From the NCBI GenBank assembly GCA_963727505.1, contig CAVSGP010000008.1, positions 1-64,000 on the forward strand: 64,000 nt of DNA, written 5' to 3'. This document shows positions 11,739 to 20,738 of the stretch, piece by piece (positions within the stretch are counted from its first letter, which is position 1; every line of letters begins with the position of its first letter). The position numbers were made by a program, and so were the translations under genes. Origin of the DNA: an uncultured Trueperaceae bacterium. GTDB lineage: Bacteria > Deinococcota > Deinococci > Deinococcales > Trueperaceae. Under the pieces are notes generated by a model that saw only the letters and a list, made by a program, of their open reading frames with translations, was not told the DNA's origin and made no database searches.

Positions 11739-12051
11739 CGTGTGGAGCCTCCTTCCGGTCGGACGGGCGCCGGCCGTGCCCTGCGCGCGGTGCCGGCCGC
11801 CGGCCGGCCTCCGCGCTGCGCGCCGCCGGGCGGGCCCGCCCGTGGGGGCCGGTGGGTGGCGTCGGCGGCGCCTCTCGCTGGCCCGAGCCTATCGGCAAGG
11901 GCGCGGTGCCGGGGTCACGCAGCGGACCGTTGGCCGTCCCGTCGTTACACGACGCCGCCGCGTCGGGGCGATACCCTGCGGGGTCGCGCGTGACGACGCC
12001 CCCGGCGCGAGGCCGGCAGCCGGCGCGCCGCGCGCCAAGGGGAGGCCTTCC

Positions 12052-12672
12052 GTGCCGAACGCCATCCGAGCCCTCTTCACCGACATCGGCGGGGTCCTGC
12101 TGACCAACGGCTGGGACCGTCGCGCCCGCGCCCGGGCGGCCGAGACCTTCGGGCTGGACCTGGAAGAGCTCAACGAGCGCCACCACCTCACCTTCGATAC
12201 CTACGAGGCGGGCAAGCTGTTGCTCGACGAGTACCTGCACCGCGTCGTGTTCTACGAGACGCGCGCCTTCACGCCCGGCGACTTCCGTGGCTTCATGCGC
12301 GCGCAGTCCCGTCCCTTCGACGACATGATCACGTACGAACGCCGGCTCAAGCAGCGCCACGGGTTGCAGGTACTGGCCGTCAGCAACGAGGGGCGCGAGC
12401 TGAGCGAGTACCGGGCGCGCGACTTCGACCTGCAGGGGCTGATCGACGCCTTCGTGTGCTCCGGCTTCGTGCACGTGCGCAAGCCCGATGTCGACATCTT
12501 CCGCATCGCCCTCGACCTGGCGCAGGTCGAGCCACACGAGGTGGTCTTCCTCGACGACCGCCCCATGTTCGTGGAGGTGGCGCGAGGGCTCGGCATCCAC
12601 GGGGTGGTGCATCGCGACCTGCCGACGACGCGCAAGGAGTTCACGGCGCTGGGGCTCGATCTCCCGGCCTAG
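12052..12672 (+). CDS. HAD-superfamily phosphatase (YihX-like, subfamily IA)
   Basis: GGAGG + GTG start; FTDIGGVL, VSN, RKPD and FLDD motifs. Confidence 0.85.
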   Translation: MPNAIRALFTDIGGVLLTNGWDRRARARAAETFGLDLEELNERHHLTFDTYEAGKLLLDEYLHRVVFYETRAFTPGDFRGFMRAQSRPFDDMITYERRLKQRHGLQVLAVSNEGRELSEYRARDFDLQGLIDAFVCSGFVHVRKPDVDIFRIALDLAQVEPHEVVFLDDRPMFVEVARGLGIHGVVHRDLPTTRKEFTALGLDLPA

Positions 12673-12766
12673 GGTCCGCCGCCTAGGGTCGCCCGCGGAC
12701 CGTCGAGCCGTGATGATGGCCGGGCGCGCATGGGGTCGATGCGGCCGCCGGACGCGGGCGACGCGG

Positions 12767-12823
12767 CCTTCGCGGAGCCTTCACACACCCTTCCCCCAAC
12801 CTTCCATGGCTTCCTCCTAGGCT
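12767..12823 (+). promoter_or_regulatory. CCTTC direct repeats at 11-bp period followed by a -10 box (TAGGCT)
   Basis: CCTTC at 12767, 12778, 12789 and 12800; CTTC at 12810; TAGGCT at 12818-12823. Confidence 0.5.
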
Positions 12824-12872
12824 GACGGTGTCCCTGGGATCTCCCCCAGGCAGATACCGAACGGAGAAGACC

Positions 12873-13472
12873 ATGAAACGGACCATCGCCATTACCGCAG
12901 CCGCCGTCCTCGCCCTCTCGCTCGCCTTCGCCTACGGGCCTCGCTTCCAGAACTCCGCCGGCTCGCCTGGGGCCGCCAGAACCGGTGCCGGCCCGGTCCA
13001 GGCCGGTACGGTCTTCGCGGGGACGGTGCACGACGAGGCGGCAGCCCTGCTCGGGATCACCCCCGAGGAGCTGATCGCGCTCCACCAGAGCGGCAAGACG
13101 CTGCAGGACATCGCCGTCGAGCTCGGCCAGAACGCAGATGCCTTCCGCGCCGCGTTGATCGACAGCCGCAACCAGGCGATCGACGAGGCCGTCGCGAACG
13201 GTGAGCTCACCGACGCGCAGGGCGCCCTCATGAAGACGCGCAGCGAGGCCGCCGTGACCGCCCAGCTCCAGCGCGAGGTCGGCCCCAACGCTGGCTTCGC
13301 CTACGGGCCGGCTCGCGGCGCGCAGGCCTACGGCCGCCAGTCCGGTCGTGCCGTCGGCCCCGCCGGCAGCCCCGGTGGGTACGGTGCGGGCGGGTACGGT
13401 GCGGGTGGTTATGGCCCGGCCTGGCAGGGCGACGACGGCGCGATGCCCTACGGCCGCATGGGTCGCCGCTGA
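12873..13472 (+). CDS. Exported helical protein with Gly/Tyr-rich tail, function unknown
   Basis: GGAG RBS; signal peptide MKRTIAITAAAVLALSLAFA; AALLGITPEEL..GKTLQDIA..AVANGELTDAQ pattern; GGYGA repeats. Confidence 0.8.
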   Translation: MKRTIAITAAAVLALSLAFAYGPRFQNSAGSPGAARTGAGPVQAGTVFAGTVHDEAAALLGITPEELIALHQSGKTLQDIAVELGQNADAFRAALIDSRNQAIDEAVANGELTDAQGALMKTRSEAAVTAQLQREVGPNAGFAYGPARGAQAYGRQSGRAVGPAGSPGGYGAGGYGAGGYGPAWQGDDGAMPYGRMGRR

Positions 13473-13488
13473 GCCAGGATCGCCGCAC

Positions 13489-13588
13489 GGCGCCGGGGCC
13501 TACGGACCCCGGCGCCCCTCGACCCCAGTGAACCCAACGAGCTTCGAGTAGAGCGGGCCCCGCGCATGGAAGGCGGGGCCCGCTCTAC
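13489..13588. terminator. Two GC-rich hairpins between convergent genes
   Basis: ggcgccgggg/ccccggcgcc (13489-13516) and a perfect 16-bp stem gtagagcgggccccgc/gcggggcccgctctac (13548-13588). Confidence 0.75.
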
Positions 13589-13628
13589 GTGGGCCGGGCC
13601 GGCAACGGCGGGCGTCGCTGCGAAGAAA

Positions 13629-15062
13629 CTAGCCCGTCGCCTCCAGCCGGTAGGTGCGCAGCACCTGCTCGTAGGCCAGCGCCCGCGCCAGCGCGTGGGC
13701 GTCCTCCTCGTCGATGAGCCCGCGCACCCATCGCCCGGCCAGCCAGTTGCTCGTCACGCGGCGCCATACCTCGTGGCGCGCCGGGATGCTGGCGAAGGCG
13801 CGGGTGTCGTCGTTGAAGCCGGCCAGGTTGTACGCGCCCGCTGTCTCCATCACCGCGTCGAGGTAGCGCTCCATGCCCTTGACGCTATCGAAGAACCACC
13901 AGGGCGCGCCCAGCGTGAGCGCCGGGTAGTGCCCGGCCATGGGAGCCAGCTCGCGGCTGTAGCTGCTCTCGTCCAGGGTATAGACCACCAGGCGGTAGCG
14001 CGGGTCGTTGCCGTAGGCGTTCATGAGCGGCTGCAGGGCGCGCGTCCACTCGGTGGCCAGCGGGATGTCGGCGCCCTTGTCGAGGCCGAAGCGCCGGAAC
14101 ACGCGGCTGTTGTGGTTGCGCAGGCTGCCCACGTGGAGCTGCATCACGAGCCCGTCCTCGGCGCTCATGCGGGCCATCTCGAAGAGCATGTGGGCGGTGA
14201 AGCGCGGCGCGTCGTCCCCGTGCGGCGTGCCGGCCAGGGCGCGCTCGAACACGGCGCTCGCCTCCAGCTCGGAGAGCGGCGCCACGTCGGCGGTCTTCGA
14301 GGCGTGGTCGGTGGCGGCCGCACCGAGCTCCTTGAAGAACGCGCGGCGTTGCTCGAGCGCACGCAGGAAGCTCGGGTAATCGCTCACCTCGAGCCCCGAG
14401 ACCTCGGCCAGGCGATCGATGTTGGCACGCCAGCCCTCGGCGTCGAGGTTGAGCACGGCGTCGGGCCGGAAGGTGGGGCGCACCTTCGTGAAGCCCTGTT
14501 CGCGCATCGCCCGGTGGTGCTCCAGCGTGTCGGTGGCCGCGTCGGTGGTGGCCAGCGTGTGGATGTTGAAGCGTTCGAACAGCGCGCGCGGGCGGTAGGC
14601 GGGCTGCTGGAGCTTGGCCTGGACGGCGTCGTAGATGCGCTGGGCGTTGTCGGCGCCCAGCTTCTCGTCGATCCCGAAGAGCTGCTCGAACTCGAGCGCC
14701 AGCCACAGCCCCGTGGGGGTGCCGCGGAACAGGTGGAAGTGGTCGGCGAAACGCTGCCAGATGGCGCGCGGGTCGCGCTCGACCGGACTGCCGTCGCGGC
14801 TGGGGACCCCCAGGTCCTCCATCGGCACGCCCTGGCTGTAGAGCATGCGGAAGACGTAGTGGTCGGGCACGATGAAGAGCTGCGCGGGGTCGGGCAGCGG
14901 CGCGTCCTCGGCCAGCATGCGGGGGTCGACGTGTCCGTGCGGTCCCACGATGGGGAGGTCCTTCACCCCCTCGAACAGGGCACGGGCGAGCGCGCGCTGC
15001 TCGGGCTCGGGGCTGAAACAGCGGTCGGCGGCCGCCGACCGCGCCGTGGATGTGGTGCTCAT
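13629..15062 (-). CDS. uxaC: Glucuronate/galacturonate (uronate) isomerase
   Basis: LPIVGPHGHVDP, PDHYVFRMLYSQG, MQLHVG, GAPWWFFDS, GFNDDTRAF; start overlaps the gntK stop. Confidence 0.95.
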   Translation of the reverse strand: MSTTSTARSAAADRCFSPEPEQRALARALFEGVKDLPIVGPHGHVDPRMLAEDAPLPDPAQLFIVPDHYVFRMLYSQGVPMEDLGVPSRDGSPVERDPRAIWQRFADHFHLFRGTPTGLWLALEFEQLFGIDEKLGADNAQRIYDAVQAKLQQPAYRPRALFERFNIHTLATTDAATDTLEHHRAMREQGFTKVRPTFRPDAVLNLDAEGWRANIDRLAEVSGLEVSDYPSFLRALEQRRAFFKELGAAATDHASKTADVAPLSELEASAVFERALAGTPHGDDAPRFTAHMLFEMARMSAEDGLVMQLHVGSLRNHNSRVFRRFGLDKGADIPLATEWTRALQPLMNAYGNDPRYRLVVYTLDESSYSRELAPMAGHYPALTLGAPWWFFDSVKGMERYLDAVMETAGAYNLAGFNDDTRAFASIPARHEVWRRVTSNWLAGRWVRGLIDEEDAHALARALAYEQVLRTYRLEATG

Positions 15063-15682
15063 GTCTTCCCCTCCTCGTCTTGCTTCGCCTCGCGGTGTTC
15101 TTCGTCGCTGTGCTTTCCGTCGCTGTGCTTTCCGTTGGTGGGCTTCCCCTGGCCCGCTCCCCTGGTGCGCTCCCCACGCACCCCGCGCCGCGCCAGCCCG
15201 GCCAGCGCCCGTTGCACGGAGGCCGGCACGCTGTGCTCCACGCTCACCACGACGGCGTCCTCGGGCTCCTGCAGGTCGCGGAACTGGCTCTGAAGCATCG
15301 ACGCCTTCATGTAGTGGCCCTTGCGGCGGCGCATGCGCGTCAGGATGGTGTCGAAGTCGCCCCGCAGGTATACGAAGTGGACGTGCGCCGCCGGCTCGGC
15401 CCCCTTCAGCGAGCGCCGGTAACTCTCCTTCAAGGCGGAGCATGCGAGCACGAGCGAGCGTCCCTCGGCCGCGTGCTCCTCGATGAGTTGCCGCAGGCGC
15501 TCCAGCCAGGGCTGGCGGTCCTCGTCGTTGAGTGGCACGCCGGCCGCCATCTTGGCGATGTTCGCCTCCGGGTGGTAGCGGTCGGCGTCAGCGAAGGCGA
15601 AGCCCAGGCGGGAGGCGATGCGCCGCCCGATGGTGGACTTACCCGAGCCCGAGACGCCCATCACCACGATCGCCACGGCCAC
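15059..15682 (-). CDS. gntK: Gluconokinase (GntK/IdnK type)
   Basis: MGVSGSGKST, DADRYHPEANIAKMAAGVPLNDEDRQPWL, ACSALK. Confidence 0.93.
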   Translation of the reverse strand: MAVAIVVMGVSGSGKSTIGRRIASRLGFAFADADRYHPEANIAKMAAGVPLNDEDRQPWLERLRQLIEEHAAEGRSLVLACSALKESYRRSLKGAEPAAHVHFVYLRGDFDTILTRMRRRKGHYMKASMLQSQFRDLQEPEDAVVVSVEHSVPASVQRALAGLARRGVRGERTRGAGQGKPTNGKHSDGKHSDEEHREAKQDEEGKT

Positions 15683-15685
15683 CGC

Positions 15686-16969
15686 TCAACCCTTCCGGAG
15701 CCGGAAGAGGTGCTCGCCGGCGTTCTCCACGAGCAGCCGCCCCTCCTCCTCGCGGTCGCGCCACGCCTCGGGATCGATGCTGGCGGGGTCGCGGTAACCG
15801 AGATCGATGGCGCGGCACACCTCCTCGGGGATGCCGGTGGCGAGCGTGACCCGGATGCGCGGGCGCTCGACGCCGCCCTCGAAGGTGCCGCCCCCCTTGA
15901 CGTGGGTGGAGTGCGCCAGGATGGCCCAGGGAAGTTCCTCGAATCGTTCCCACTGCGCGGTGAAGTAGTCGCGCACGTGGTAGCCGACCTGCCGGATGAG
16001 GTGCCCGTGGACGGTGCTGATCTCCTCGAGCTCGGGCGCGAAGATGATGACCTCGCCGCCGTCGGCCACCACCGGCTCGGTCTTGTACATGGCCTTGGCG
16101 GCCGTCCACAGCTCGTCGTACATGGGTGATGGCATCGACAGCACCGAGCGGTAGGGCCGGCGCTTCCAGACGATGTTGAGCTCGGCCGACAGGTCGGCGG
16201 CGGCCTCCCAGGCGCCCTGCAGGTCGCCCAGGTAGAGGCCGTGCAGGGTCTTGCCCTCCATCACCAGCGCGGCCAGCGTCACGGGCCGGGCGTCGGTGAC
16301 GAAGGCGGCAGCGCGGTGCAGCACCCGCCTCACGGCCGTGTCCTTGACGCCGATGGTGGCGTGGCTGGTGGCGAGGGCGCCCAGCCAGTGGGTGTTGTCG
16401 ATGATGTCGGGTCCGGCGATGCCGGGGAAGAGGTACTTGGCGCCGCCGGAGAAGCCGGCCACCTCGTGGGGGAACACCGGACCGACGATGAGCAGATGGT
16501 CGTAGTCGAGGATCATGCGGTTGAGCCGGACCGGCGTCGGCCGGGTGACGAGGCCGCCGGTCAGCTCGTTCATGGTGCTCTCGGAGATGGTGCCGAGGTC
16601 GGTGAGGGCGCTCGCGTCCTGCCAGGCGTGGTTGAACACCCGGCTCCGGGGCGTGCGCCGCGCGCGCTCGCCTTCGTCCATGCCCACCAGCCGGGCGATG
16701 GCGGCGTCCGACATGGGTGGGTGGGTGCCCAGCGCGATGAGGTAGTCGAGCTGCGCCACGCGCTCGCCCAGCAGCTCGTAGAGCCGGCGGTAGAGCATGG
16801 GCAGCGGCGCGCTGCGGGTGCCGTCGGGGATGATGACGAGCACGCGCTTGCCGTCGAGCGGGACGTCGGCCAGGCCGCGTTGGAGCAGCTCGGCAACGGC
16901 GTTCTCCTCGATCGCGCGGTCGACGTGGCCCTCGCCGAGGACGCCGGCGGGCAGCCCTGGCGCGGTCAC
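15686..16969 (-). CDS. LarA-family (DUF2088) nickel-pincer 2-hydroxyacid racemase/epimerase; candidate mannonate/gluconate 2-epimerase (GntE-like)
   Basis: AAGGAG + GTG start; IPDGTR, IALGTH, PHEVAGFSGGAKYLFPG and NTH motifs of the LarA family; lies between uxuB and gntK. Confidence 0.85.
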   Translation of the reverse strand: MTAPGLPAGVLGEGHVDRAIEENAVAELLQRGLADVPLDGKRVLVIIPDGTRSAPLPMLYRRLYELLGERVAQLDYLIALGTHPPMSDAAIARLVGMDEGERARRTPRSRVFNHAWQDASALTDLGTISESTMNELTGGLVTRPTPVRLNRMILDYDHLLIVGPVFPHEVAGFSGGAKYLFPGIAGPDIIDNTHWLGALATSHATIGVKDTAVRRVLHRAAAFVTDARPVTLAALVMEGKTLHGLYLGDLQGAWEAAADLSAELNIVWKRRPYRSVLSMPSPMYDELWTAAKAMYKTEPVVADGGEVIIFAPELEEISTVHGHLIRQVGYHVRDYFTAQWERFEELPWAILAHSTHVKGGGTFEGGVERPRIRVTLATGIPEEVCRAIDLGYRDPASIDPEAWRDREEEGRLLVENAGEHLFRLRKG

Positions 16970-17017
16970 GGCCGGGCTCCTTGGAGCGGGGGTCGGGCGC
17001 AACGTCGCATCGACCGC

Positions 17018-17860
17018 TCAGACCCCGCTGAACGCGGAGAAGCCGCCGTCGACCGGGATGACCGCGCCGGTGACGAAGCCGCTGGCGGGATCGACCAGCC
17101 ACAGCAGGGTGCTGGCGAGGTCGCTGGCGGCGCCCAGGCGCGCCATGGGTGTGTGGCCCACCACGGTGGCGCCGCGGGGGGTGAGGTCCCCCGACTCGGC
17201 GTCGACCATCAGGTACTGGTTCTGCTGCGTCAGGAAGAAGCCGGGCGCCAGCGCGTTGACGCGGATGCCGGGCCCGTAGGTCTGGGCGAGGTGCACGGCC
17301 AACCAGCGCGTGAGGTTGTTGACCGCGGCCTTGGCCGCGGCGTAGCCCACGACACGGGTGAGGGGGCGCTCGGCCGCCATCGACGACACGTTGACGATGA
17401 CGCCCTGGCCGCGATCGGCCATGTCGCGCCCGAACACCTGGCAGGCCTGCAGCGTGCCCATCAGGTTGAGATCGAACACCTTGCGCAGGGCGTCGGGATC
17501 GAGGTCGAAGAAGCTCCGCTCGTCCGTGGCGGTGGCGTGCGGGTCGTTGCCCCCGGCGCCGTTGACGAGGATGTCGACGGGGCCGTAGATCTCGTGCACG
17601 CGCTCGCGGGCGCGCTGCAGGGAGGCCACGTCGACGACGTCGCCGACCACGGCCTGCGCCTCGCCGCCGTGCTCGCGGATGCGCGCGGCCACGGGCTCGG
17701 CGGTCTCGAGGTGGCGGCTCATCACCACGACGCGCGCGCCGGCGCCGGCCAGGGTCTCCGAGAGGCCTGCTCCGAGCCCGCCGCTGCCGCCGGTGACCAC
17801 GGCCACCGCGCCGGCCAGGCGGCTCTGCGTGTCGGGCGTCGGGACGGGGCGGGCGCTCAT
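17018..17860 (-). CDS. uxuB: SDR-family D-mannonate oxidoreductase (fructuronate reductase)
   Basis: TGGSGGLG, NGAGGN, PLTRVVGYAAAK, APGFFLTQQN and VDGGFSAFSGV, typical of SDR-type UxuB. Confidence 0.85.
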   Translation of the reverse strand: MSARPVPTPDTQSRLAGAVAVVTGGSGGLGAGLSETLAGAGARVVVMSRHLETAEPVAARIREHGGEAQAVVGDVVDVASLQRARERVHEIYGPVDILVNGAGGNDPHATATDERSFFDLDPDALRKVFDLNLMGTLQACQVFGRDMADRGQGVIVNVSSMAAERPLTRVVGYAAAKAAVNNLTRWLAVHLAQTYGPGIRVNALAPGFFLTQQNQYLMVDAESGDLTPRGATVVGHTPMARLGAASDLASTLLWLVDPASGFVTGAVIPVDGGFSAFSGV

Positions 17861-19371
17861 CGCGCGGCCTCCGCGAAGGGCCGCACGTGCTTCACGAAGT
17901 GGCGGTCGAGCGCGGCGTAGTGCTCGTCCTCGTGCGCGCGCAGCTCGCGCTGCAGCGCGTCCCCGTAGGCTTCCAGGGCGGAGCCGAAGGTGACGTGCAG
18001 CACCTGCCGGGCGTCGAACTGGTCGAGTAGCCCGGGCAGGTCGCCGTCGCTCAGCGCGCCCTCCTCCGGGACCTTCTCGAGTTGCGCGGAGATGTGGTAG
18101 CTGGCTCGGTCGGTGGGATAGCGCACCCGCGCGAACGCGAGGATCTCCCGGAACAGCGCGGGGGCCACGCCGGCGATCACCCGCAGCGCCTCCAGGTAGG
18201 AGGTGCCCGCCGTCTTGAGGTGGGCCAGGCCGCCGGTGGCCCTCGTGAACGGCCCGTAGACGGAGAACTTGTCCGAACCGGAGTGCAGGCTCAGCTTGTA
18301 GGGCCCCAGCGCGCGGGCGATGGCGGCGTGGCGCTTCAGCTCGACGGTGAGCGCGTCGACGTCACCGATGTAGTCCACGCCCTTCTCGAAGCGGCCGGGG
18401 AAGCGTGGGGCGAGGCTCACCCAGACGACGCCCAGGCGCTTCAGCTCGAGCGCGATGAAGGCGTGCTCGGCCGGCGAGGTGGGGGTCCCGGTCTCGTCGA
18501 CGGAGACTTCGAAGTCGAAGCTCTCCTTGCGCGCGGCGAGGTGGCGGTACATGCGCGCCACGTGCGCCAGCGCGGCGCCGTACTTGGCCGCGGCGCGCAG
18601 GACCTGCTCGCGCTCGAGGGTGATGCGTTCGTCCTCGAGCTCGACGGTGCGGCCGACGTACGCCTTCTCCATGGCTTCGCGGGTGGTCTCGAGCCCCTCC
18701 CAGGGCAGGGCCGCCAGGCGCCGCTCCAGATCGGCGGCGTCCGCGCCGTCGGCGTCGTCGTCGACGTGGTCGCCGGGGTCGACGGTGAAGAAGGAGAAGC
18801 CGGCGTCGACGCAGGCGTCGATGTGCTCGGGGAGCTTGAGGTGATCGGCGTCGGCGCCCAGCGGGCCACGCCAGCCGGCCTCGAAGGCGCCGAAGGTGGC
18901 GTCGCGCAGCACCTCGGTGGGCGAGCGCCGGGTGCGCGTCATCTCGCGGATCGATTGCTGCGCGAAGATGGGCGCCACCAGCCCGCCGGCCGCGCCGGCA
19001 CTGCCGAGCGAGCGCACGTGGCCCGGGGTGGCGATGCCGAGGCGATCGCCGAAGCCCGCCGAGGTGGCGAGCCCGAGCGGACGCGGCGCCAGGTCGGGCA
19101 GGGTCGCGCGGAGGGCGGCGGCGTTGGCGTCGTTGAGCGGGCAGCGCAGCAGCGCCAGGCCGTCGACGGTGCCGGCGGGGGCGCCCTCGAAGCGCTCCAG
19201 CACGGCCGAAGCCGGCGGGGCGGCGACCAGCAGGCGCTTGCCGTAGGCGCCGCGCTCGAGCACCAGCACGGCGCGGGCGCCATCGAGGTCGATGTCGGCG
19301 CGGGAGCCCGGGTAGAGCTGCGCGTCGTTTCTCACCAACCGATCGGTGGGAAGGGCGGCGGGTCGGGTCAT
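17857..19371 (-). CDS. uxaE: Tagaturonate/fructuronate epimerase
   Basis: SAGFGDRLGIATPGH, FAQQSIREMTRT, GADADHLK, EVSVDET, SLHSGSDKFS, HLKTAGTSYLEAL. Confidence 0.93.
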   Translation of the reverse strand: MTRPAALPTDRLVRNDAQLYPGSRADIDLDGARAVLVLERGAYGKRLLVAAPPASAVLERFEGAPAGTVDGLALLRCPLNDANAAALRATLPDLAPRPLGLATSAGFGDRLGIATPGHVRSLGSAGAAGGLVAPIFAQQSIREMTRTRRSPTEVLRDATFGAFEAGWRGPLGADADHLKLPEHIDACVDAGFSFFTVDPGDHVDDDADGADAADLERRLAALPWEGLETTREAMEKAYVGRTVELEDERITLEREQVLRAAAKYGAALAHVARMYRHLAARKESFDFEVSVDETGTPTSPAEHAFIALELKRLGVVWVSLAPRFPGRFEKGVDYIGDVDALTVELKRHAAIARALGPYKLSLHSGSDKFSVYGPFTRATGGLAHLKTAGTSYLEALRVIAGVAPALFREILAFARVRYPTDRASYHISAQLEKVPEEGALSDGDLPGLLDQFDARQVLHVTFGSALEAYGDALQRELRAHEDEHYAALDRHFVKHVRPFAEAAR

Positions 19372-20417
19372 GGGCGAACCTCCTCAGCTCGCGGCGTGGA
19401 GGGTGACGGTCGTGTGCCAGCAGCCACGGTGCTGCCGCGCACCACCAGGGTGGGCCTGAGCACCACCTCGGCGTGCACGTTGCGGCCGGCGATGCGGTCC
19501 AGCAGGATGCGCATCGCGTTGACGCCGAGATCGTACTTGGGGACGTGGAGGGTGGTCAGCGGCGGCGTGAACATGCGGGCGAAGGCGATGTCGTCGAAGC
19601 CGACGACCGCGACGTCCTGCGGCACCCGCAGCCCCGCCGCCGCGCACGCCTGCAGGGCGCCCGCCGCGACGAGGTCGTTGTAGCACAGCAGCGCGTCGAG
19701 GGGTCCCGCCATCTCGAACAGGCGGGCGGCCGCGTCGGCCCCTTCATCGATGTAGGGCGCCGTCTTGACCATCCGGTCGGGGGCCAGCGGCATGCCGCGC
19801 GCCTCGAGCCCGGCACGGATGCCTTCCAGGCGCTCGCGGGCGGCGAAGGAGCCGTCGGGCCCGGCGAGGACGCCGATGCGGCGGCGCCCCAGCGCCAGTA
19901 GGTGGTCGATGGCCTGCATGACGCCGCTGACGTGATCGAGGCGCACGGCGCCGGCGACCTCGGGCGGCGCCGTGCGGTTGACGACGACGGCCGCCCGGTG
20001 GCTGCGCAACAGGGCATGGAGTTGCCGCTCGGGCAACCGCGGGCTCACCACGATGACGCCGTCCACGCGCCGCTCCTCCATCAGGCGCAGGAGCGTGGCC
20101 TCGCGCCGCTGATCCTCGACGGCGTTGCTCAGGAACACCCCGTAACCCGCCTCCAGCGCCACGTCCTCGGCGCCGCGGACGATCTCGGGGAAGTAGGGGT
20201 TGGTGATGTCGGGGACGAGCAGGCCGAGCGTGTGGGAACGGCTGGCCTTGAGACCGCGGGCGAGGCTGTTGCGGCGATAGCCGAGCTTGCCGATCGCGGC
20301 GCGCACCTGCGTCCGCCGCCGCTCGCTCACGCCCGGCTGCTCGTTGAGTACGCGCGACACGGTCATCGCGGACACGCCGGCCTCGCGCGCTACGTCCTGG
20401 ATGGTGACACGTGCCAT
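19368..20417 (-). CDS. LacI-family transcriptional regulator of the hexuronate locus
   Basis: TIQDVAREAGVSAMTVSRVLN helix-turn-helix; VVGFDD and LTTL motifs. Confidence 0.95.
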   Translation of the reverse strand: MARVTIQDVAREAGVSAMTVSRVLNEQPGVSERRRTQVRAAIGKLGYRRNSLARGLKASRSHTLGLLVPDITNPYFPEIVRGAEDVALEAGYGVFLSNAVEDQRREATLLRLMEERRVDGVIVVSPRLPERQLHALLRSHRAAVVVNRTAPPEVAGAVRLDHVSGVMQAIDHLLALGRRRIGVLAGPDGSFAARERLEGIRAGLEARGMPLAPDRMVKTAPYIDEGADAAARLFEMAGPLDALLCYNDLVAAGALQACAAAGLRVPQDVAVVGFDDIAFARMFTPPLTTLHVPKYDLGVNAMRILLDRIAGRNVHAEVVLRPTLVVRGSTVAAGTRPSPSTPRAEEVRP

Positions 20418-20448
20418 GTCCGAAAGGTCCGCTCCGTCCTCGTTCGAC

Positions 20449-20640
20449 GTTAACGATACCAGACCCTACGGCGCCGTGGCGCCGCTGTGGCGGGGACTTC
20501 GCGGAAACGTCGACGCAGGCGGGACATCGTGTCGTTGACACCTCTCAGGGGCCGTGCTAGCGTTCAAGAGATGTCCACACCACGCCCTCGGCTCGCGTGG
20601 ACCCACGAGCTTGCGTTCGTCCGCGAACGTTAACGTTCAC
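20449..20640. promoter_or_regulatory. Divergent control region: sigma70 promoter TTGACA-N17-TAGCGT and LacI-type operators
   Basis: TTGACA 20535-20540; TAGCGT 20558-20563; GTTAACGATACC 20449-20460; GTTAACGTTCAC 20629-20640. Confidence 0.7.
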
Positions 20641-20738
20641 GTGTAGTACGGGAGGGGTTTGCGAGACGAGAGGGCGACCGCGTTCCGGAGGATCTCCGCG
20701 CGGGTGGGGTCCGGTCGTGTACCGGAGAAGGGAGATGC

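Noticed and set aside
15063..15443. gntK-uxaC fusion or extended UxaC
   Set aside because: The genes are in different frames with a normal ATGA stop/start overlap
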